Source: Lingula anatina
Taxonomy: Eukaryota; Animalia; Brachiopoda
Length of the DNA: 64,000 nt
Direction of reading: 5' to 3'
NCBI GenBank assembly: GCA_051362555.1
Contig: CM120649.1
Coordinates: forward strand, 6,076,001-6,140,000
Shown here: piece after piece, positions 50,038 through 62,973 of the stretch
How the letters are laid out: every line of letters starts with the position of its first letter
How positions within the stretch are numbered: position 1 is the stretch's first letter
The notes under the pieces: generated by a model
Told to the model about the DNA's origin: nothing
What the model saw: the letters and a program-made list of their open reading frames with translations, nothing else
Databases searched by the model: none
Program-made: the position numbers and the translations under genes

Positions 50038-51299
50038 ATGGAACTCGTCGTCCGGTTTGCCTTTAGTGTGAGTCGGTTCTTTGTCCACTCCCTACAGAAC
50101 TTATGGTGGAGATACAATGGCATTACCAACACTCTGAAAATAACCCGGGCCGGGGAGTTGTACGAACAATCCGCACATATTTTAGATATTCACTGGAGAT
50201 ACAAATGGGACGTCATTCCGCCAACGGAGAAATGCAGATTCATTGCTACCCACAATCGCTTCGAACATCCACGGTGTATTCTAGCAGACGTCGTTTCTCT
50301 GATTTACCTTGATGAAAACGAGGCTCTTTTTGTCGAGACCCCACCCAACGTTGATATTTACAATTCGGATACCAATCCCTTTGTATATATGGCACAATAT
50401 AAATATGCTATCCGTTTAATAGTATTGCCAATGGCATCGTTTCACAAAATTGCAGACGAAATCGGTGATCCAAAAAGTGACGTTCTTCTGCTTTCAAATA
50501 CAGGCCGATGCGGTTCTACGGCAGTCACACAAATTCTTGAGTCAGTGCCTGGTGTCTTAGCAATGAGCGAACCAGATGGTTTCACTTGTCTTCAAAATAT
50601 GATAAAAACGGTACATCACGAGAAAGTCGACAGATACGTACGGAGCTTGACACGGGTCACGTGTAAACCCATATCGAGCAACCCACGTCTTATTTGTATT
50701 TAAACCAGATTTATGTGTTTTTCACATGTGGCAAACATCGCACCCAGCATCAAACATTTGTTTCTGTACAGGGACGGGAAGGCGACCATCCAGTCCTTTT
50801 ACCACGCCTTCGGAAATGCACCAACTTTCCCATTTTGGCATAACATTCTTACAAGTTGCCTTGCTCATTGCATAATTCCAAAGCAGAGCCGGCATTTGTG
50901 GAACTGGTTCATTGACATCGAAACCTACCCAGAGATGAATGACAAGGAATTGATGCTTCGTTCCCAGTCGTTGGAATCCTTGTGGGACACTGGTCATGTT
51001 TGTGCGGACCGCACAAGCGTTTCAAAGCCTCAGGTATGGCGGTAAAGTCCTTTAAGTACGAGGACATACTCGAGAATCGCCGCCACGCATGCGAGAGGTT
51101 ATTGGCGTACTGTGGATTACCCATTGAATATGCTTGGACCGCCTGTAAGGCCTTTAGCAAGGATGCACAAAGGGGCATGTATAAAACAAGGACTGCCGCT
51201 GACGAACAGGGGGATAAATACCAATGGACGCCCCAGCTCCAGGCTGAGGCTGATTTTTTCTGCGATATAAAAGGTTCTTGTCTTCGGCCTATTTTTTAG
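50038..51299 (+). pseudogene. PAPS-dependent sulfotransferase-like gene (P-loop fold), disrupted
   Basis: Motifs SNTGRCGST (5'-PSB-like), MSEP, FLYRD (3'-PB-like), KYEDI and DAQ. There is an in-frame TAA at 50701-50703 (ICI*TRF, probably formerly K) and a frameshift near 50960-50980. The coding region is uninterrupted after the acceptor at 49989. Confidence 0.75.
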
Positions 51300-53552
51300 C
51301 TTTATTGAGTATTTGGAATATTATTGATTATTTGGAGTATTTATTGAGTATTATTGAGTATTTTTTAAAAAGTATTTGGAGATTAAAAACACAAAAGCTG
51401 TATGGTTTCATATCGAGGCACCACGTATTGTTCGTGTGCTCGACAGCAGATTAGTGCCATTGTCTCGCTTTCGAGAAATTGAATTTTTTGATCATTCCGC
51501 GGAAATGAAAGTGAAATGCGTTACGTCGGATAATTTCGCCGACCTGGTGGGTTTTCTGATATGAAGTGCCTAAAATTATCTTTCCTATATTTTCGAATGC
51601 AACAATTTATAAATTTCACACTAGCGGTCAAGCACTATGTCCTTATCAAGAGTGGGGGAGGGGTGGGAAATTCCCTTGGGCCGCATATAACACTATAAAA
51701 ACAAAATTAATCCCCTTACAATAAATGCAAAATCAATGATATTCTAAGGAAAGTTCGATGGTTTTTTCTTTTTAGTATATTCAATCAACAGAATATTTCC
51801 AAATTAATTTCTCAAAACGACACCAAAAAGTAAATTAAAATAAATCAACCAGCTGACGGTAAACACCGGCAGGCTTTGTCAATTTCACCAATTTTGTTTA
51901 TTTCAAACAATGCACTTTCGGGCATGCGCAGTTGTCTGAATCCTGTGCTATTCCCGACTGTTTTCCTGGCAGTGCGATCGTAGAAATTCAGGTAAAAATA
52001 GTGCTAACTAGAAATTAGCTACACAAAATTACAGAAAGGATCAGGTTGCGACCCGATAACGTTACAATAATTATGTTAGTCACATGTAGATAATACTTAA
52101 GTTAACATTTACTACCGGTACATGCAATACAGTTCTGATAATCGTGTATCAATAAGGCCTACAGTGTACAAAGAATGCATGCGTACAACAATACCATGCA
52201 TTTATACCATATAACTTCCATTGGACTTCATCAACGTGGTCAAACACCACCGAATTTTAAAAGAGTATGAATGAAATGACTCGTGTGTCCATACTACTCA
52301 ATAATAATTAAAACAATATTATAACCGTGTTTAACGACAACGGTGTCGCGTCCTGAGCAGACATGGTCTCACAATACTGAAAACATAGGCCTACCACTTT
52401 TTATTGACGATCAGGGGACAGTCGGTAATACAGCAAGAAATTTAGGAATAAATTTATGTTATTATGATAGTAATAATGGGATTTATGACCGGGCGTTAAC
52501 GCGTGCAACACCAACCACAAATCCCATTTGTTTGCTAAAATGACGAACAGAAATACGAGGCGGCGGGTTCAAGTAAATTGTGTCCATTTGCAGTATGCAA
52601 GACCATTTACTGCAAAAAACAGCGTGGTAGGCCTATATACCAATTTAACCTATGTGTTTTATATCTGTATGTACATGTATGTGCCATAGAAGCTAGTTTG
52701 CTTCTGTTTAATTTGATAGCTGTAACCGTGGTTTAATATTCCGGAGAATCTTTATTACCACCGCATGTAGCTTATATAGTACGTCTGCCGCATTAGCTTT
52801 ATGCACAACACACCAGTATAAAGTCGAACATATCGGTATATTGTTAATGAGGCACTTGAATCAGAACACAAGAATAACAACGCAACGGTATCACTTGTTA
52901 AAGTTACCAGCAGCAAAAACAGTTTTATTCATTGAACCCTTATCAAATCATTATTTATTGTACATGTATATTAAAGTCAAGAAGGTGTACCGCCTCCATG
53001 TCTAGCAGAACATCTTCATCATGGAATGAGTCTATCCAGGTGAATAGCCTCTATTCAGGAGATATACTTCCCCCCTCCCCCCCCCCCCCCCACACACACA
53101 CACACACACTATTGTTTTAGGAAAGGAAGGTAATGGACATGTAGGATGGCACCATCATATCTTTTGGGGGGGGGGGGGCGGGGGGATTCGGCTTCGTATC
53201 CGTGGGTCCCCCTTCAAATAATCCTCTGCCTTCCTTTCCTAAGACAATAGGAGTGTGTGTGCGTGTGTGTGTGGGGGGGGGGGGGGGGGGGGGGGGGGCA
53301 AGTATGAGGGAGTTATGTCGGAGCCATTTGAATACGTCGTAATGAAAAGTAATAACAGTAAAATTGTTAATTAAGTGAAACGTATTTTGCATGGTTCACG
53401 GCATGTGGCGTCGAAACAGTAAAGTATATAGTTTTTGCAAGGATATACTATCACCGAATAATAACCCTTTCACCTAGATAAAAGACAACTTATAAATAGT
53501 GCATAAGGCATCTATTAGATTTAAACTAACATATCATTTAAATCGACGTTAA

Positions 53553-53807
53553 TTACCTCCGCCAAGGAGGTTATGTTTTCACCCCCTGATTGTCTGTCTG
53601 TTTGTCTATCTGTCTGTCTGTGTCATCAACCGATTTTGATGAAATTTTCGGAAATGTCAGAAGTGGGCCAAGGAAAAGATGATTTGTTTTCGGTGGTGAG
53701 CCGGATCAATAATCAATCAATAATCGAAAATTTAGGGGTGAAACGGCATTGGATGGAGACTTTGCTGCCTTGGCGGAGGTCTGCGCTCTCTGAGTGCCTT
53801 TCTAGTT
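53553..53807 (+). mobile_element. HINE/DINE-like element, present only in unit B
   Basis: ACCTCCGCCAAGG..(GTCT)n..CCTTGGCGGAGGTCTGCGCTCTCTGAGTGC..CTAG; absent at the paralogous T-rich site ~44483-44491. Confidence 0.88.
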
Positions 53808-53869
53808 CAAACTGTTTTCATTTCTTTTATTTTTAGACTGTTTGGTACACCTTCCCTATTTAGAAGATA

Positions 53870-54756
53870 ATGCACTTGAATCTCATATTTAAACCAGCTT
53901 CACATGGACTTTTTTGTTTGGGTATCATCATAGTCGTTTTATTGTTGATACAAACCAGAAACTTCCTGGTCACTATTTTTGGACAACCTCAACATGAAGC
54001 ACAATTGCATTTCGCTCTCGTCGCTTGCGGCAGTTACTACACTGCAAGTTCCACCAACACTTTAAAAAGTGCAGTGCTTTTTACTCCTGATGGTGACGTG
54101 CTTAAATTCCATGTTTTTACAGACCGAAGAGAAACCTTTGAGAAATGGGTAATGTAACTACCATGCGTCCTATTTCTCAATCAACGTCTTTTAATCGTAT
54201 TTCAATATCTTTCGCTATTTTAATAAACTCTAATTTAGAAATAAAATATTATAATTTATAATTAAAAGAGAAGTCTGTCGTAAGAATTAAAATAAAAGTC
54301 TGTCGTAATACGTGTGGGATATGGCTACGTTTGATGTTTAAAATATCTACAATATTTCAACCGTTTCTTTTGTTGTGATTTTAAAATGGCTAAATTCAAA
54401 AGAAAAAAGAAAATATTCTGTATCTTTAGATAATAAATTATCATATGAAAATGGCAAATGTATTTTCAACACGATTTCAGAGAGAACAGTTACCCGTCAG
54501 ATACCGCCGTAAAATCAGATTATACTTGTACAACATCAATGAAGAGGAAAAATCCTTGTCCTTCATAAACGAAAAGGAGATGAGGTCTTTACCATGTGCA
54601 ATGCAGCGATTATTTTATCCGGTGAGGCAAGATTGGTTAATGTTAATGTTAATGTCATTGTTAATGAGGCAAAATGTTCTGGCATACCGTGTACAGGTAT
54701 ACCGCTCGGGTGACAGTATATTATTTTACAAATAAATAATACCTATTGCTTGAAAA

Positions 54757-54791
<35 letters not shown>

Positions 54792-57210
54792 AAAGATAAA
54801 TAAATAAATAAATAAATAAAGAGTGTAATGAGTGTATTTGCAGGAGAGTCTTCGTCATATAGACCATGTGATCCATGTCGATGCAGATATGATCTTTCTT
54901 CACGATATCAGAACACTCCATGACGAGGGTTTTGCGGAAATGAACAAAAGTCACGTGACAACTATGTCACAGAACGGCCCACATGCTATTTGGAATCCGT
55001 GGTACAATAAAAAACGTTACATACGCATGCCGTTTTATCCGCCCGTCGGTGAGTGATTTCAGTTGATTTAAAAAATGGTACTACCAAAATTAAAGCGCCA
55101 CGACAAATCCTTGTCAGAATGTGATTTTTAAGTATTTAAGGCGCTCGGGTATGTCTTACATACATGTATTAAGCAATTGGCAAAGAAACCTTGGTGCTTG
55201 AACCGTAAGATGAGATCTTCAATATGATATAAAAGCTTGTTGCAAAGCAAACGCTCAATGTAATGTTAATGAAGAGAGTAATGAGTGCCCAGCGCAGCGC
55301 TTACTGGTAAGTAAGTAACAACGCGAGTAACAACGAATGTAAATCGAGGTGAAACTTCAGAATTGTTCTGTTGACGTTTCACATTTCTGTGCAATTACAG
55401 TGGCGAATTTAGGGGGTGGGTGTCAGGGAGGACTTGACCATCCCTCTTCGATTATAAAATCACACCAATCGTCTCCTCTTGAAATTAGAAAATCGACTAG
55501 TTCTAAACCCTACCAAATTGCACCGTTCGCCCTCTAAAACACCAAAAATTTCCCCTTCAGTGGGCCCCTAACCCCACGCCGAGGAGGGGTGGGGGGTGGG
55601 GGGGGGGGGGCGCAGCCTGTCATTCCTAAAAACCGCCCCCCCCCTTCAAAATAATCCTGGATTCGCCCCTGAAATCACCTATTGGTCATCATTTGTGCAC
55701 ATGGTGCTGTGAATTAAATCTTTTCAGGATTACAGTCGGGATTAATGTGGATGAACCTGACAAGGATGAGGAGGACGCGTTTTCAACAATTATGGAGAGA
55801 AGTATTTGTAAAATATAACACGGAATTCCTTCTGCATGATCAAGATATTCTGAACGCTGCTTTTGGGGCGAAACCAGGTATGCTCAATTATTAATTTAAT
55901 TGTTTCAAAATGCTCGATTGCGACTGATTCACTTCGACAGCTGCTTAGCTAACGGATCTAAGGTGACGCATTTACAGGATTTCAATTACTGTACATAGTC
56001 CAGAAGGAAAATGAAGGAGGATGAAATAATCTGCCTAACCCTTATCACCATCTTTGTTCTACTGAGCTTAAATTCCATTATCAAAGAATGTTTATGGAGA
56101 ACGTGGTGGCTCCAATGCCAACAAACATGTGTTTAAAACGTCGTTTGACCAGTAACTGACAACATTTAGACTCCTGCAGCGAAGTTGAAATATAAAATTA
56201 TATCAAATATATTTTTGAATAGGTGCATGAAGTGCACGGAATGCTACTGCATATAATCCCTTTATTTGATTTTCATATATTTTAAAAATTAATGTATACA
56301 TTTGCTTGCCAATATTGCCAGAGATGGTGAAAATGCTGACCACGTGTGATTTGAACTACTGGCGTGCGTACTGCCAAAGTGAGATGTACTGTACGCCAAG
56401 GAAAGTGTACGTACTCCATGGTATCAAGTCATCATTTCACTGGAAAAGCTGTTACCCTTTTAGTACTGTCTGGGATGCATTTGAGAAGGTAAAGATAAAA
56501 TTGCATATGTTTGTGTGAGTATTTGATTTATGCAAAAAAGTGTTAGTGAGTTTTTGCGTGCAAGCGTACTGTATACAGTGTAAACTTGATTCTGGTTAAT
56601 GCTTACGAAACGTTGTTGGTTTTACATGCCTGTGTGAATCACAAACTCGAAGATACATAGATACCCACACATATATACACTCATGCGTCCTGACACACAG
56701 ATGTAATAACAAATTATATCATGTAAATATGATTTCGTTCAGTACTGAGCGCTTTCGGCCATTGGTATTACTACCACATAGGCTTTGCAAACATACAGAC
56801 GATTATGTCTCTTTTCGGAAGCCTTCTGAGTCTTTAACAAGTGTTTACCAAAGTCCTTTTGTTATTCAGGATTTTTTTTCGCTTAAGTAGGCTTGCACAA
56901 GCCGGCGGAATCATCATAAATATTGAATCAGTCTTTTAGATGCTTCTCCATACACAACTGCCGAGGTAGCATCCATGTACCAATTATTGAGCACATTGTT
57001 TACCTTATTGTTATAAAAATATATTCTAAATTATGATTAAATTTGTTTCTGTTTCAGTTCTCACTGGACCAAGATATCGGAAGTCACCTGTTAGAGCCAT
57101 TATTGAAGGCACTTGGAAACCAAACCAAGGAGGATCAGAATAAGAACTGTGGCAAATGCATAGATACTCCTACTGAAGCTTTGTTGATAGGTCTTAGGAC
57201 CTTGATATGA
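53870..57210 (+). CDS. GXYLT-like: GT8 glucoside xylosyltransferase-like, copy 3 (364 aa)
   Basis: Exons 53870-54148, 54481-54621, 54844-55048, 55728-55877, 56322-56488 and 57058-57210; DxD is VDAD; HDQDILN present. Confidence 0.9.
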
Positions 57211-58448
57211 ATGCCAAGCGTCCACATGACCAGAAGCTTATTTTCCCAGTCTCACAAACAATGGGTATCATTTATTAGATATTAAAGACAGGAACGGATA
57301 TTTTCACAGCAGTTTTAGACAACATTTATAAAAAAACTACTGCGGATTATCGATAATTAAATAAGATGAAAAAAACAAGTATATTCAAGAATGTCACATC
57401 AGTGACAATTACAGGGGTGTTCTACCGGGAGAAAAAACACTTCAATTTTTATGGTCAATTTTTAGTTTCAAAAGCACGTTTCACCAATGGAAAAAAAACA
57501 GTAAGTGATTCATCGATCTCATGAGCAAATAAATAAAACAGTGTCAAAGGAATAGGGGATGGATGTGTACTTAGTAAGAAGTGGAAAGGTCTAAGACTGA
57601 AGTGACATTTGCCCTTTGCTAAATGTACGGATTCAAACAGCACAGCATAGCTTAGGGTAACTGGTATGTCTAATCTGGGCTAAGCTCTCCTAAAATAACA
57701 TACCATGAGGTTTTATCTAAAATGTATGGTTTTCAGCTCGTTTTCACCACACATTTAATACTTAATTTTAACGGCCTGGTGTTCATAGCGTATTGGCTTT
57801 ATAGCAAAGTAGCATTTCATTTAATCACAACCCAAGAGCACAGTAGGTGTACATATGACTTAACTATATGGCGAGAATACTTAGTCATTGATAGTAGTGT
57901 ATCTATATTTGTCCACTATCTCCTCTGGTACGGTGGTACATTTTCAGCAAATTAGTGTATATATTTATTATATACCGCCTGGAAGAAATGCCAGTTCTCT
58001 GGCGTATAAGCTTCGTGCATGGTCCGTACTAATATATACCGTATTCATGTTGGATGATAAGGAGTGATGCATGATTATCATGACCCAATTTCAACATGAC
58101 CCAACAGTCATTTCTTTAGGGGTTTATGTGCACTTAGATCAATATAAGCTTGCTGCACATCCACGTCACCTTATTCCACCTCAGCTAAGCGAATGTGTGT
58201 CGCCTGCAAATGTGTTACCTACTTGCTTATTCAATAAGGTAAAGGTAGCTGCGGGGGAGATATAACGCTGCAACTTGTGTAAAAGGGGACAGTCACGACA
58301 GGAGAAGAGGACTAAGTCTCCAGCTACGTTATCTGTCAGGTAAGACGATCCAAATTTCCTTCTGTCACAAACATTGTTGTTTAAAATATATAGCTTCGAT
58401 TAAAGCAAGACTGTTTCTCAGAACGCGTGTATTACCTGTATACGTGTA

Positions 58449-61400
58449 CAGTAGAAATAAAAATTAAGTTTCCGTTGTACGACGTTTTAAAAACGTCAGA
58501 AACGTTTTAATCCCTATCTATGAATAGAAGGGGGCGGACATACAATGGAGAGCCGTCTAATCCCTTCAAAATTCTAACGCCAAAACACAATAGTTTAGAC
58601 GTAATAACACACAATACCTTAGGCGAGTGAACCCCATGACGCCTGTTTCTGTGGTCCAGCGCGAGCGCGACAATCCGCTGTAACTAGGTGTAATTAACAG
58701 CAGGATACATCAGTCAGAAGGTACCCATTGTTTGTTGTGGTGATATGATTATAGCTTTAAGAGGCTAGAACCCATGCTAACGCGTGCCACTAAACCGTCT
58801 CCCGTGGCGAACTATCATTATGTTCACAGGGAAAGTTAAAAGGGAAAGTTAGATTTTGCTTGTATGAAACAAAGGCAGCATAAGGCCCTTATGCTTTGTG
58901 GTATGTGAATAAACCTAGCTTACTAAATAACTATTACCAAAGTACGTAAAGCAGGGCCTTAGGTTTAACAGTCTAAGATTTATTCAATAAAGGCAGTTAA
59001 CTTGGACCAGTCTTGTTTCATTAACTTTGCGAATGAAACAGTCCCCGTCGTCAACGTAAATTTCCAATATGATTTTACATCACTTATCTGATTAAACAAT
59101 GTTATTGTTTAGGTTTGGTTTATATTTGTTTGAGAAAAGATAATGATCGCGTTTAACAATAGATTGCGAGCTATAGTAAACCCCCTCCTCTTTGAGCGAT
59201 GTCTAATACTGTTAAATTCAGCGTACTTTCATAAACATGTAATGTGACCACACTGTCAGACATCCCCCTTGTTGCACGTTGCAAGCGGTTTGTCTCATAA
59301 CTATGACAAGGCGTTCTTTTTTCTCGTTGTTGTTTTAAAATGGACCACCTTGTCAAGGCTAATTGCTTAGCTCTTTATGTAAACGCTAAGATATGAATGT
59401 TATAGTTGTTTGTGCCCGGGTGCCGCACTTATGCTTTCTTACTAGAGCGATCTAGAACAAGCCGCCAGTTTACCTGTTTTTAACTGTAGCAAAATATGTT
59501 CGACATGCAGTTTCTGCACGACAGCCGGAGACACAGTTTGTTGTTTAGGCATGGTTTAAGCTTGTTCGAGAGATAATAACAGCCGCGTTTAACAATAGAT
59601 AGTATGACCCCCTACTCTTTAAATGATGTCTTACACTGTTAATATTGACCGTACTTTCATATATTATGTAATACACTGTCAGACTTTCCCCTGTTGCACG
59701 TTGGCGTTGGATTGTACTTGTGCCTCTGCCAATGCACCTCATTCAGTTTAAATAGTTTTTACCGCATAAACCTTTGTGGTTTATGGTTATTAGTTTAAGA
59801 AGTAGGAATAGGATGCCTGGACAAAAAGCTTCTAGTCAGCGCGCTTAGACCTAGGGTGTGATGCTGCTGTCATCCGAGGAAACACCTACACTGAATCCTC
59901 TACCTGAAGTCCCCCTGGCTGAAACAAAAAATGCCCCCTGAACCTGTCCATTTTTTAAAGCGTCAAAGCATTTTTGATATCATTGAGCGTCTTAAAACGA
60001 AATCTTTCATGTAACAAAAACAGAACCGTGTGGTGATTATTTTTTTAAAGCACAGGTTTATTCATCATGATTTATTTTGTAAACAATTCTTGCCTATATT
60101 TTACTTGGATTGATCATCGTCACTGTTGGCCTATAATGCGTGCTGAACGACAGACAACTTATATATATTATCTGTGTAAATGACCACGTTAAGTTAAAAT
60201 AGAACGATGTCGGTGATTTAATCCATCCAACATACTTATATTTATTCTTTTAAAACCAGTGTCAGGTGAACACCAAGTCAAAGCAAGTCTTGCAGACTGA
60301 TTTTGTTTAAATTGTCGTAAAATAAGTAAAGCTAAGTAAAGCCTGTTTCTAGTTCATCCATGCTATAAAACAAGTCTCTGAAGCCAGTTAACTTTCACAT
60401 TGCCCTGTGCTTTAGAGTCCCATGTAATACAATAAAATCAGTATGGCCTGAGAGTAATATAAATATGAGGACGTGTATGAAAGATGTTTCAAATAATAAA
60501 AATCAAGAATTTAAACATGTTAGGTACATGCACATCACTTAATAAGTCATTTCACAAAAATCGCATCTAATTTTTCAGATTAATCTCCACTTTTATCGAT
60601 CTCAACGCCTTGTCTCATGTTTACATGTAGGCGAGGGAGGTAAACTCCAATATTAATTGCGAATAATATCAACAGCGACTCAAAATCGTTGCCTGTCTTT
60701 CACACTTTTACACAAACTCATGAAGGGATAATAAAAGGATTCGCGTCGCGACCTCTATCTCTTTTCTTCGAACAAGCAAAGGGCTGGCCCGAAGTAAGCT
60801 TTCAAAACTAATTTCCCTTTGACTGTACAGGGGTATATTGTAATTACACCACTTGGTCGCCTCCATTGTCTTGTAAAAGTGACAAAGAATGTGTTTCACA
60901 CGTGAGTTTACATAACTCCTTTGCATTGTGTCTTTATCAAGGTTATAATCAGTTTGAATAGGTTGTCTTGCCTCACTTAAAAAGGGAGTTGTTCTTCATA
61001 CTGGTTGTTGCATAACTTATGCTAACCTACTTTGTACAAATATGGTTTTAATAAATCGCCAATATGATGACACTAGTGAACATTGTGTATCATACGTTTT
61101 GATACGATTAAATAAATGTGCAAGAAGGATTACGGAATGAGTTACTATTTACCTCTGGCGCTAACTTCGAACTGCTACATAAACGAATGTTGCAGATCGT
61201 AACAAAAATACTTTATTGTAGTGTTTTTATGACATATGATTTACATATTTGATAGTGAGACATTTCTCGGCTTTAACGAATCACCCGGTGTTTACTATGC
61301 CCCCCACGCCCCCCCCCCCCCCCCCCCCCCCAAATGCTCTTTTGATTTCGAAATGAATTTGTTTTTAAGGCAGAGAAGTCCATAGGTTCCTATATCTCCA

Positions 61401-62973
61401 TAGGTTACTGGATTACGTCTAAGGTATAGATACAGTACGAGGCGCCTAGCTTGACGCGAAATAGAGCAGATAAATGGCGAGGCAAAGCCGAGGTTTGATA
61501 TACACTGTATTGTAGCTACTACAGCATATGCCATTCCTCAAGTTGGGTCTGCTGGGGGAGGGGGGGCATTTAAATGATAAACTAAGAAGTCCACCTGTAA
61601 AGCAGCAGCTGTTTACATGATCGCTATCTCTGATCCCTTTCCTTTGACAGCATCATAGAAAATGTTAAGGGAGATACTGTAGTGACAAAGGCCCGGCGTT
61701 GTTTTTTCTTCAGCATTTCCTCATTCTTGCTTACTACAATTATTCTCGTCAATTAATGAAACCGCGAAAGCAATTAAGTGATGGCACATTGAATATAATC
61801 ACTAGGCGCATTTCGCTGAGTGATAACAAGATCTAGCGAAACATTTTATTGCCACGCGTTCAAGTCTGATAAATCAGGGGATTTTTATTGTGAATCTGGA
61901 AATTAGGAGATATGTCCCTAGATGGGGAGATTTTCGAGAAGACCGGTAGTGTTGTAAGGTCTGAGGAATTAAGTCGGTAAAATGTAAAGGCTAGCATAGA
62001 TTACCATACAATTAATGGTATCATACGTACCTTATATCTTCAGTGTGTGCAATAACGAGAGACGCAAAAACGGCAAAATGTAAGCAAGGAGGCGTGTGTT
62101 TGTTTATGGAGGAGAGGGGGAAGTTAGTGGTATTTGTTTGTGTAGTTGGCGAAAATAAAAAAGTCTAGAATAGTGTACGTACACGTTTACGTAGTTGAAC
62201 ATGGAAAATTTTCAATTGATAATAAAAAAGATCAGGCTAGAAACGAAATTTGTTTAGACATTTAAAGTGTCATTCTGGTGGCACAGCGTCATGGCTATGA
62301 ATCTGATATGGAGTTTAGTCCGAAACATTTGTGAATTTAGAATTAAAAGCTAAAACGTTAATCTGCCCTAATTTGTCAGATAACAAAAAATACCGGTGAT
62401 CCAACTATGAGTAATGTATTTAAAGTACGGCCGTATATGCAATGGGCCATTTCGGATTATAATTGCATACCTTGCTGCAAAACAGCCTATCGTTTCTTCC
62501 ACCGCGAGTCCCTTTAATAAATTATTATATTACTATTTACCCTTTTTATTTGACACTGTCTCTGTTTCTATCCCTTTTTCCTTTCTCTTGTAAGAAGGAG
62601 GGTAAATAATTAAGCACTCAAAATATGCATCACCAATCTTCAGAATAGAATAAATCAAATAACAGCTTTCACAAATTTAACTGCAGTTAGCTGCATAGTG
62701 TCACTATATACATAGGGCCTTATCCGCTGCACGCGCGAAGCTGTTGAACAAAAGGATAGTTCTCTATGGAAGACCTTTTGTTTACATAAGTACTCTAAGG
62801 GGGCGTGCCTAACCAGGCGACAAGGGGATTAGGCTAGTCACTATATTCCGTCAAAATCGTTTAGCGACTCTATCATTATCACACTCCCTCTATTGTAATT
62901 TCTGACGTTATAATTGTATCTAATCTTCTTATGGTAGATGGAAAAAATGCACACATATATAATCTTTTGACTG
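58449..62973. mobile_element. ~4.5-kb insertion specific to unit B; putative non-autonomous TA-targeting DNA transposon
   Basis: Absent from the paralogous site ~49214-49218. Bounded by TA|CAGT ... ACTG|TA, with scattered inverted motifs near both ends (AACGTCAGAAA, AATAGA..GGG, CTAATCCC). No transposase ORF seen. Confidence 0.6.

Larger units (their letters stand above)
42700..51270 (+). repeat. Segmental duplication unit A (GXYLT-like copy 2 + sulfotransferase-like copy 1)
   Basis: Introns and intergenic DNA align colinearly with ~51950-64000. Confidence 0.9.

Noticed and set aside
50701-50703. Programmed readthrough or selenocysteine in the sulfotransferase
   Set aside because: The stop is TAA, not TGA, and a second lesion (frameshift) follows, so pseudogenisation is simpler.
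60708-60926. Possible transposase remnant inside the 4.5-kb insertion
   Set aside because: No DDE, zinc-finger or other motif could be recognised by eye.
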